Shown here piece by piece: positions 48,721 to 55,101 of a DNA stretch of 64,000 bases (position 1 is the stretch's first letter; every line of letters begins with the position of its first letter). The translations under genes and the position numbers were made by a program. The DNA lies in IMG/VR virus record IMGVR_UViG_3300045996_000592, positions 70,156-134,155 of that record, one strand, 5' to 3'. The DNA is from a virus. The notes beneath the pieces are model-generated. The model saw nothing but the letters and a program-made list of their open reading frames with translations. It had not been told where the DNA came from and made no database searches.

Positions 48721-49090
48721 CCGTCACCAGGAATTTATAGGTCAGGACCATCAAAGACTGCGAAAATAATGTAATCCTGTCTGACACACAAACTTTTTTC
48801 TTATTTTTTCCCGACTTGATTATCAGTTTTTTAGACGATAATTTTTCGAAAGTATTCCGGGCAGATTGAGGGGTCGTCTTACCCCATTCAGGGGTAGCAG
48901 CTGCCTCACATAAACGGTTCAGCTCCAACCCAGGATTCAGGAATGCACACCCCAGACACAGGGTCTCCAACGGCGTCAGGGACACCTTCTCCATTACACC
49001 CCAGAAACCTATCTGGTAACAGACGGCCTGCTGTAACGTAAGTCGGTCTTTAATAATGTGTTCTGGTAATTTTGCCATAAAACTTGACAA
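48701..49090 (-). CDS. Winged-helix-like DNA-binding protein
   Basis: TPQSARNTFEKLSSKKLIIK. Confidence 0.5.
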   Translation of the reverse strand: MSSFMAKLPEHIIKDRLTLQQAVCYQIGFWGVMEKVSLTPLETLCLGCAFLNPGLELNRLCEAAATPEWGKTTPQSARNTFEKLSSKKLIIKSGKNKKKVCVSDRITLFSQSLMVLTYKFLVTDGTGKS

Positions 49091-49135
49091 ACAAAGGTAG
49101 TTAATTCCAAGAATGTTGGAAACTGTCTGAGGAGA

Positions 49136-49432
49136 TTATTCCTGTTCTGTGAGGTTTCCCCCCTGATTTTTTGAGGCTGCCTCGAACTCCTCCATCATCT
49201 TGGTCTCTTTACCGGATGGTTGGGGAGGGGTGGTCATCTGGGAATACCTGGCCTGGGCCTGCATCCGGGTCACGCGGGCTACCCATATACGAGCGTCAGC
49301 TTCTTCGACAGCTGCTTCCAGCTCCATGATTTCTTTATCATCCTTGAGGTTCTTGATGTACTCTATCCTCTTCTTAGGGTCGAACTGTTGTTGTTCCGGG
49401 GGCGGGATCTGTATTGTTTTGGTCGTGGTCAT
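49136..49432 (-). CDS. Hypothetical coiled-coil protein
   Basis: 98 aa. Confidence 0.65.
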   Translation of the reverse strand: MTTTKTIQIPPPEQQQFDPKKRIEYIKNLKDDKEIMELEAAVEEADARIWVARVTRMQAQARYSQMTTPPQPSGKETKMMEEFEAASKNQGGNLTEQE

Positions 49433-49516
49433 ATTTTTTTCAAAAAAGGGGAGTGTAAGATAAATAACAAGTAGTTAACAACAAACTGATCTTAGTCATA
49501 ATTTGTATAAGAATTT

Positions 49517-49753
49517 TTAATTAAGGAGCTCGGTGATCTTCGTAATCGTCCGCTCGTTCAACTCTTTCTGACTAATGAGGTTCTTGTTCTCAAGGGTCAA
49601 TGCCGCGATACGGGCGTCGTTAGCCTCCTGTTCCCCCAGTATCTCGCGGTTGACTTCTGTAAGCTGGTTGACGGTCTGGGTAAACACATTCATAATACCG
49701 GCACTCTTGGCCAGCAGGGACGCTGTGCGCGTCTTGAAGAGTTTGTTTAACAT
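49517..49753 (-). CDS. Small coiled-coil protein
   Basis: Start reassigned to MLNKLF, downstream of tandem promoters. Confidence 0.65.
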   Translation of the reverse strand: MLNKLFKTRTASLLAKSAGIMNVFTQTVNQLTEVNREILGEQEANDARIAALTLENKNLISQKELNERTITKITELLN

Positions 49754-49779
49754 GATATAACTGGTTTTATCTGGTAGTA

Positions 49780-49901
49780 ATAATCTAAGTAAACTTTCCC
49801 GGTTTACCAAATAAGTCCCACTAAGTTATACACGAATTTAGATAACTCCAAAAATATTTTTAGGTAAGTGTTTGGTTATCTAAAAAAGTTCCCTACTTTT
49901 G
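49780..49901. promoter_or_regulatory. Two tandem minus-strand promoters and one divergent plus-strand promoter
   Basis: Minus: TTTG-N20-TAGATTAT (49811-49780) and TTTG-N20-TAACTTAG (49852-49821). Plus: TTTG-N19-TACTTTTG (49871-49901), a perfect Bacteroides consensus. Confidence 0.65.
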
Positions 49902-49981
49902 AGGCGTAATAAGTTCTTAACGAGGCGGGGCCGGGGAAAAATAATATCTTAACCGGCCATCTTATAAACCCGACGATATTT

Positions 49982-50013
49982 AAAACGAAAACTCCCCGGA
50001 GTTATCCGAGGAG
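49982..50013 (-). terminator. Terminator at the end of the tRNA operon
   Basis: Minus CTCCTCGGA-TAAC-TCCGGGGAG-TTTTCGTTTT. Confidence 0.7.
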
Positions 50014-50036
50014 CGCGTATAGCCGGCAAGCAGAAG

Positions 50037-50112
50037 AGGGTAGGGCCGGGATCAAACCGGCGTTATCGTGGTTTTGCAGGCCACGGCCTATATCAGCATT
50101 AGCTACCTACCC
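50037..50112 (-). tRNA. trnC: tRNA-Cys(GCA)
   Basis: GGGTAGG/CCTACCC acceptor, U73, anticodon loop CT-GCA-AA, T-loop TTTGATC. Confidence 0.85.
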
Positions 50113-50116
50113 GTAG

Positions 50117-50203
50117 CGGAGAGCGGTGGTCGTGGCCCACACCCGGCATTACGCCGAGCCAGCAACTTAGCAGGTTGTGCCTACCCTGGTAGGTTCACTC
50201 TCC
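50117..50203 (-). tRNA. trnS: tRNA-Ser(GCT), non-canonical T-loop
   Basis: GGAGAGT/GCTCTCC acceptor, G73, CAAC-CT-GCT-AA-GTTG, long variable arm, T-loop GCCACGA. Confidence 0.75.
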
Positions 50204-50210
50204 AGTAAAG

Positions 50211-50296
50211 CGGAAGTGAGGAGAGTCCAACTCCTACAGCCTGTTACAGCCCTAGCGGTTTTCAAGACCGTGTACCTCAGTCAACTGGGCACTTCC
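50211..50296 (-). tRNA. trnS: tRNA-Ser(TGA), atypical D-arm and T-loop
   Basis: GGAAGTG/CACTTCC acceptor, G73, CGGT-CT-TGA-AA-ACCG, long variable arm, T-loop TTGGACT. Confidence 0.75.
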
Positions 50297-50303
50297 AAAA
50301 AAG

Positions 50304-50385
50304 TGGGAGAGATAGGACTCGAACCTACAGAACCGAAGTACCGGATTTACAGTCAGGCCTGCTACCATCTACAGAATACACTCCC
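50304..50385 (-). tRNA. trnY: tRNA-Tyr(GTA)
   Basis: Anticodon loop CT-GTA-AA, variable arm, GGTTCGAGTCC, A73. Confidence 0.88.
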
Positions 50386-50391
50386 TTATAG

Positions 50392-50462
50392 CACGAGTTA
50401 GAGGATTCGAACCCCTATCAACCGGGTTGGAGCCGGGTATACTGCCGTTGTACTAAACTCGT
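50392..50462 (-). tRNA. trnW: tRNA-Trp(CCA)
   Basis: ACGAGTT/AACTCGT acceptor, G73, CCGG-CT-CCA-AC-CCGG, GGTTCGAATCC. Confidence 0.88.
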
Positions 50463-50485
50463 ATTCTGCGGAAACAGAAGGACTT

Positions 50486-50827
50486 TTACGCAGCTGTCGC
50501 ACAATAATGCAATTCCCCGTGACAGTTGGCGCAGACTAAAATACACTTGTCCAGTTCAGTCTTTATCTTATCCCACGACTTTGTGTGACCATCATGGGAA
50601 ATATTAAAGTCTTTTTCTGATGGATCTAAGTGGTGGAATTGAAGACTTCCTATACAGTTGGCATAACCGCATATGGAGCAGTTTCCACCTTTATAATCTA
50701 CGGCCAGCATTTTTATTTTATTCCTTCTTTTCTGTACAGATATTACTGTACATTTTCTACACCGCGATCTTTTACCTCCGCCATCGGAGAATTCGGTGAG
50801 CCCGTGGGTTTTACAAGTTTTTAGCAT
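50486..50827 (-). mobile_element. HNH homing endonuclease
   Basis: CKTHG..RCRKC..YKGGNCSICGY..LQFHHLDP..ELDKCILVCANCHGELH. Confidence 0.9.
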
Positions 50828-50831
50828 ATAA

Positions 50832-50863
50832 ATAATATACTAAAAAAATATGTCCTAACCAAA
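50832..50863 (-). promoter_or_regulatory. Promoter of the HNH cassette (leaderless or near-leaderless mRNA)
   Basis: TTTG-N20-TATATTAT, only 4 nt before the ATG. Confidence 0.65.
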
Positions 50864-50896
50864 CAGGTTCTACCAACTGAGCTATGTTTCCTTGCG

Positions 50897-51016
50897 GCCC
50901 GATTAACTACGAGTATGCTGCATATCTGTGATTCCGGGAACGGAGCAGACGCGGCGCCTGTACGGAGGATACACTTTCATGTATACGAACCACCTGACGG
51001 TCTTAGTTAACCGACA
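50897..51016 (-). ncRNA. Candidate ~120-nt structured RNA inside the tRNA operon
   Basis: Closing stem CGGTTAACTA/TAGTTAATCG, inner stem GTGGTTC/GAATCAC, hairpins ATACAT-GAAA-GTGTAT and CAGGCG-CCG-CGTCTG. Confidence 0.55.
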
Positions 51017-51023
51017 ACTTTAG

Positions 51024-51098
51024 CCGTCCATACCAGACTCGAACTGGTGACTTCCGGAGTGACAATCCGGCGTAGACTCCTGGCTCCACTAATGGACG
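51024..51098 (-). tRNA. trnD: tRNA-Asp(GTC)
   Basis: CGTCCAT/ATGGACG acceptor, G73, CCGGA-TT-GTC-AC-TCCGG, T-loop TTCGAGT. Confidence 0.88.
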
Positions 51099-51099
51099 A

Positions 51100-51174
51100 T
51101 GGCGGTACGGGATGGGGTCGAACCACCGACTCCCAGATCTTCAGTCTGGAGCTCTACCACTGAGCTACCGTACC
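51100..51174 (-). tRNA. trnF: tRNA-Phe(GAA)
   Basis: GGTACGG/CCGTACC acceptor, encoded CCA, CCAGA-CT-GAA-GA-TCTGG. Confidence 0.9.
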
Positions 51175-51211
51175 AAACAAAAACCCCGGTAAGTTTTTAT
51201 CCTACCGGGGT
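51175..51211 (-). terminator. Attenuator terminator directly in front of tRNA-Phe
   Basis: ACCCCGGTA-(11 nt)-TACCGGGGT-TTTTGTTT; the 5' arm is shared with an antiterminator. Confidence 0.85.
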
Positions 51212-51233
51212 CAAGTGACTTACTGATGAGTAA

Positions 51234-51299
51234 CTACACGATCCCCCGGCCGGTATCATACCAGCTGCAGAAGTTCGAGAAGTTATTAGTCAGTGTCAT
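51234..51299 (-). CDS. Putative attenuator leader peptide MTLTNNFSNFCSWYDTGRGIV
   Basis: 21 codons after a U-rich leader; codons 5-15 (AAT AAC TTC TCG AAC TTC TGC AGC TGG TAT GAT) match the tRNA array; its 3' end forms an antiterminator. Confidence 0.75.
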   Translation of the reverse strand: MTLTNNFSNFCSWYDTGRGIV

Positions 51300-51304
51300 A
51301 ACAA

Positions 51305-51556
51305 AAAATTCTAAGCACCCTACGATAGACCGTCGTCTACCTTCACCGGTGATTCCGGTTCCACTGAGCGCCCTGATCTTACGGGAAGGGGTGCGGGTGA
51401 ATGAGTTTAGGCCAAATACCCCGGTTCGAACAGGGTTCACCCCAAATTAGCGCCACGACTCGGCGCCCGTTAAGGTATAGATTCCCAAGATGGCCTGAGA
51501 GCTGTCCAGATACTTCCCCTACCTGTTAGGATTGTCCAGAGGGGTATCCTGCTCTT
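51305..51556 (-). ncRNA. Structured 5' leader / ncRNA of the tRNA operon
   Basis: Stems GATAC-CCCT/AGGGG-AA-GTATC, GGGTGAA/TTCACCC, GCACCC/GGGTGC, CCTTC/GAAGG and TAGAC-GACG-GTCTA, plus a GTTCGAA T-loop hairpin. Confidence 0.55.
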
Positions 51557-51562
51557 TATACT

Positions 51563-51593
51563 ATAAATTAAGTAAAGTAACCCACTCTACAAA
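51563..51593 (-). promoter_or_regulatory. Promoter of the leader/tRNA operon
   Basis: TTTG-N19-TAATTTAT. Confidence 0.7.
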
Positions 51594-51594
51594 A

Positions 51595-51852
51595 TTATTT
51601 TCCGGGTAGTTTGTCTATCTCCATCTCAAACCATTTGATGTACATATTCTTTACCGTCCCGAGTTCACGCTCAGAATCCAGTTTAAATGACCTGTAGTGA
51701 ATAACCCGGGAGTTAAGAGTAACTTCATAAGAGAGCTCATCAAAGCAGGTCCCGTGGATGAACTCGGTCCGGGTTATTATAATGGCCCACTCTCCTTTAT
51801 AGCGAACTTCTTCCCGCGTACTGACTGGACCAGTAAAGTTAGTGTATTGCAT
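51595..51852 (-). CDS. Hypothetical protein
   Basis: Start reassigned to MQYTNF. Confidence 0.6.
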   Translation of the reverse strand: MQYTNFTGPVSTREEVRYKGEWAIIITRTEFIHGTCFDELSYEVTLNSRVIHYRSFKLDSERELGTVKNMYIKWFEMEIDKLPGK

Positions 51853-51862
51853 GGGTTCATTA

Positions 51863-52075
51863 TTAGTGATTACTGAACAATAAGGGGTAGAATACCGGAA
51901 GGTTATAACCGCTGAGAATGTTAAATCCACCGCCGAACCCCGGTCTGATAAAGCCACCGGGTTTTATATGAGAGCAAGAGTTATGCTGGGGTAACAATCT
52001 TACAGGATCTTTAATAATAATAGATGCTTGGGATAGCATCCACATACGGTAACCTGATAGGGGTATGTTATTCAT
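51863..52075 (-). CDS. Hypothetical protein
   Basis: 70 aa between operon neighbours. Confidence 0.45.
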   Translation of the reverse strand: MNNIPLSGYRMWMLSQASIIIKDPVRLLPQHNSCSHIKPGGFIRPGFGGGFNILSGYNLPVFYPLLFSNH

Positions 52076-52079
52076 AGGG

Positions 52080-52352
52080 TTATTTTACGAGCTCATAGGT
52101 TTGTTCGAAGATGTCGGGCTTACAAGGATAGTACTCTCCCTTTATCCCCCTGATGATGTAGTCGCCTACTTTACCAATCATTACACCTTCTAATGTGTTC
52201 ACCTGAACATAACAACCAGTTGGGTTATCATCTGACGGTTCACAAACAGGGGACTCTATTACTGCGTTATTTGACCACGACTTGATATTAGGCCCGTTCG
52301 ACCCTGTAAACTGGATGGCTTCTATTACTACTGGTTTTTTACGGTACTGCAT
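52080..52352 (-). CDS. Conserved phage protein (YRKKPVVIEA / GDYII family)
   Basis: YRKKPVVIEAIQF..TLEG..GDYIIRGIKGEYYPCKPDIFEQTYE. Confidence 0.8.
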   Translation of the reverse strand: MQYRKKPVVIEAIQFTGSNGPNIKSWSNNAVIESPVCEPSDDNPTGCYVQVNTLEGVMIGKVGDYIIRGIKGEYYPCKPDIFEQTYELVK

Positions 52353-52376
52353 GAGTAAGGTTTTTGGTTAGGATAC

Positions 52377-52408
52377 CTAAGATAAGGTAATAAGAAGGGT
52401 ACTCCAAA
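52377..52408 (-). promoter_or_regulatory. Bacteroidota-type promoter
   Basis: TTTG-N20-TATCTTAG. Confidence 0.6.
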
Positions 52409-52596
52409 AATTTTTACCCCCGGAATTTTTAGACCCTCGTATCTGGACGGATCAAACCTTATCAGGTATCCCTTAGGAATTTTTGGTAGGAAAAAAATCA
52501 GCCGTGGGAGAGGGTTTCAGGGGTTACTATAAAACTTCTCCCCCACTTACTCATAGCGCGGCACACCCCCGGGGTGATAAAACCGCCTTATATTTT

Positions 52597-52848
52597 ATGT
52601 CAGCTATCGCATTATCGACATTCAAAGAGACCGTGGGTCTCAAGACACTGCAGTTCATGAAGGGCAGAGGACGCCAGTACTGCGCGTTACCTAACGGTAA
52701 GACCCTGTTTATGGCAGCCAAGCTCGACAAGAGCAAACCGCTGTTCGTGTTCACCGCACCAACCGGCGCCAAGAGCGGCAAGGGGGAAGACATCTCCGGC
52801 AGCTTGTGGGTGTGTAACCAGAACGCAACCCTTGGTGACCTGCTGTAA
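52597..52848 (+). CDS. Small protein, first gene after the strand switch; paralogue of 8165-8722
   Basis: ATG after TTATATTTT; MSAIALSTFKETVGL...; followed by a terminator. Confidence 0.75.
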   Translation: MSAIALSTFKETVGLKTLQFMKGRGRQYCALPNGKTLFMAAKLDKSKPLFVFTAPTGAKSGKGEDISGSLWVCNQNATLGDLL

Positions 52849-52858
52849 CAGCGGGTTT

Positions 52859-52903
52859 GAGGGAGAGGATGCCGTACTCGGATGTTCTCTCCCTCTTCTT
52901 TTA
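52859..52903 (+). terminator. Intrinsic terminator
   Basis: GAGGGAGAGGAT...GTTCTCTCCCTC-TTCTTTT. Confidence 0.75.
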
Positions 52904-52958
52904 ACTCTTATTGTTTAACTATCTGTAGTTACCGGTCTACTCAAAACCGGGTTATATT

Positions 52959-53114
52959 ATGAAAAAGATATCATTTACCAACAGGAGCTGGAACTCCATC
53001 TGTAATGCGTATGACTCACTGGTACGCAAGTACGGTAAGAAGTCAGTGAAGGCACCTCAGTACCGTAAGAACAGGTCACACCTGTTGGATGGGTATATAG
53101 AGGTAGCGTTCTAA
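52959..53114 (+). CDS. 51-aa basic hypothetical protein
   Basis: MKKISFTNRSWNSICNAYDSLVRKYGKKSV...; ATG after TTATATT. Confidence 0.55.
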   Translation: MKKISFTNRSWNSICNAYDSLVRKYGKKSVKAPQYRKNRSHLLDGYIEVAF

Positions 53115-53630
53115 AGAGCAATAGTCTGGCAACCCGTGGTCTCGGGATAGATCTGTCAGATGAAGCATCGGAAGTAGCCTGCTAACCGGTGTAGGATAAT
53201 GATACAGGCACTTTTTAAACTTTTGGTTAATAGAACCCCGGGTTTCCCTGAGACCACTATTAACTATCAGTTATAAATATTCTTCTGTACAACTACCTGA
53301 AATCTGAAAGGCTGATTAGTCAACTACCCTATGTGTAGAGACTGGGTCAAACTGATTCCTAATCCCGAAATATCTACTATTGGGAGAGGGACTGAAAGTT
53401 AAGTTCTAAATCAGTTCTTCTTTAAGGTAGTCTATCTGTAATAGTAGGGAGCGCCTCAACGTTAATACCCTAAGGCTATGATATATCAGGAGGTTAGATT
53501 ATTATAGAGATAAGGTCTGTTACAGATAGAGTGCAGAGGGTAATAACTATTGTAGAGGAAAGTGAGCCGGCGGTGTATTCGTACCTCCTTCAGCTGGGGT
53601 GATAGCACACTGCAGTAGTTAGTTCTTTTT

Positions 53631-53825
53631 TTAACAGTCGTCAGGTAGCTCCTCGTCACTGATAATAACATTCTGTTCTAATAGGTCAGAGAATAATAAA
53701 ACTACCTGTTCAAAACTTCTACGGGTCATCTCTATAGGTTTGTAACCTTCGTAGGTAGTGCAGCCAATACGGACGGCCTTATCCTTCTTACGGAGGTCTT
53801 GATGGATCTTAAAGTATAGGTTCAT
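53631..53825 (-). CDS. Hypothetical protein
   Basis: 64 aa immediately after the RepL-like gene. Confidence 0.55.
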   Translation of the reverse strand: MNLYFKIHQDLRKKDKAVRIGCTTYEGYKPIEMTRRSFEQVVLLFSDLLEQNVIISDEELPDDC

Positions 53826-53831
53826 ATATAG

Positions 53832-54362
53832 TTAGGATTTATTCTTGTTATACCATTCTTCGTAACGCTTGATGTCGTCAGCCCGTTCCTGCTCCAACTC
53901 AGGTAGGTTATTATACTGCTGGAGTTCCAGTACGTACTTCAGTTTTCCTTTACGTACATCCCGGTCTCCGCGCCACACGTAGGACGGGTTGACCTCGTAT
54001 ATACCGCAGCGGGGGCAGGAGTTATCACGTACTAATATACTAGCATCTACCAGAACACCAATTGAGCGCTCTACCGATGAGTACGCTAACCCGGTATACT
54101 CTACGATCTTCTCCTTATAGTACTTATTAAGGGTTACTGTATTATGATTGTAGTCCAGGTTACGGGTTATCCAGTTGAGCACCTTGATATCTGTCAGGGA
54201 TTTTGTGTCATTAATGAATCCGGTAAAACAAGCATACGCGAAGAAGAACTCTTCCTCAGTCTTAGGGACTATCTGCACTCTCTTCTCAGCGGTATATACC
54301 TCACCATCCTTAGTGAGGGCAGGTACGTTTTTGGTGTCTACAGGTTTTAAATAGGGCTTCAT
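53832..54362 (-). CDS. RepL-like replication initiator (winged helix)
   Basis: GEV..KTEEEFFFAY..KVLNWI..SVERSIGVL..GIYEVNPSYVWRG; RepL homologues are typical of crAss-like phages. Confidence 0.75.
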   Translation of the reverse strand: MKPYLKPVDTKNVPALTKDGEVYTAEKRVQIVPKTEEEFFFAYACFTGFINDTKSLTDIKVLNWITRNLDYNHNTVTLNKYYKEKIVEYTGLAYSSVERSIGVLVDASILVRDNSCPRCGIYEVNPSYVWRGDRDVRKGKLKYVLELQQYNNLPELEQERADDIKRYEEWYNKNKS

Positions 54363-54381
54363 ACTATCAGGAGTTTATACT

Positions 54382-54413
54382 ATAACTTACTAAATAATCC
54401 TTACACTACCAAG
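54382..54413 (-). promoter_or_regulatory. Promoter of the repL-like gene
   Basis: CTTG-N20-TAAGTTAT. Confidence 0.5.
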
Positions 54414-54774
54414 AACTAAGGGTGTAGAACCTCAATCTCTGATTGACTTACTATCTCACCTGATAGTCTAGACCCCTAAAAAGGCCCTTTTTTGACCCTT
54501 ATACTATCCCACAAGATAGTAAAAACTACCTCAAACGTAGTACTGGCGCGGGTTTACACTATAGTATATATTATACAGCTGGTTACGGTAGACTATCAGG
54601 TAGGTAGTTAACAGATAGATAACCAAATGTTCCACGTGGAAGATGAAAGAGTGAGAGAGGCGTGTGTTACAACCCCTCCTACCCACAACCTACTACCTAA
54701 AACTACCTTAAAACACAGGGTCTCGACTTTTTCGGGGCCGGTCTGAATAGCTAACCACACTTAAACATCACATT

Positions 54775-55092
54775 ATGAGCCACTCTTGTCGTAATAAGAA
54801 CTCCGGAAGATTATACGCTCTATACAGCCTGTTGGTATTTTCATCTTGGTTGATAGCCGTTACGTTTACCCCGCTCTCTGCCCAGTATCTCTTCCTGGTC
54901 ATTACCTATACTGTTACTCAGTTCTTATATATCTGGGCTGGTACTTGTCCCTTAAAGATAATGGCTGACGTAGGTATAACCCGGTTTTTAACCGCAGCTC
55001 GGAGGCACTATAAGGAAAAATACCACTGGGTGTTGGTGATATACTCTACCTACCCGATCTGCCTACTGTGGATCTTATTCTCACACTACTAA
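54775..55092 (+). CDS. Membrane protein (3 TM)
   Basis: Hydrophobic helices, GTCPL motif, conserved CACTTAAAC leader. Confidence 0.6.
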   Translation: MSHSCRNKNSGRLYALYSLLVFSSWLIAVTFTPLSAQYLFLVITYTVTQFLYIWAGTCPLKIMADVGITRFLTAARRHYKEKYHWVLVIYSTYPICLLWILFSHY

Positions 55093-55101
55093 AGAACTCA
55101 T

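Larger units (their letters stand above)
50469..50891 (-). pseudogene. tRNA gene whose centre is replaced by an HNH endonuclease cassette (possibly a former tRNA-Asn)
   Basis: 5' piece GGAAACATAGCTCAGTTGGTAGAAC (50891-50867) and 3' piece GTCCTTC-TGTTTCC-G (50483-50469) form a perfect 7-bp acceptor stem with G73; anticodon stem and 5' T-stem are absent. Confidence 0.75.

Noticed and set aside
50177-50401. 74-aa plus-strand ORF
   Set aside because: Antisense to tRNA genes.
50469-50891. Group I intron in a tRNA
   Set aside because: The promoter and HNH ORF fill the insert, leaving no room for a ribozyme core, and the joined exons would lack the anticodon stem and 5' T-stem.
50897-51023. tRNA-associated HDV-like (theta) ribozyme or minimal RNase P RNA
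   Set aside because: I could not build the nested double pseudoknot starting at the tRNA 3' end, and the RNase P GAGGAAAGUC motif is absent.
51234-51450. 68-aa minus-strand (GTG start) and 74-aa plus-strand ORFs
   Set aside because: They overlap a heavily base-paired region. The ATG at 51299 after a U-rich unpaired stretch is the more plausible start, and the plus-strand ORF is a shadow.
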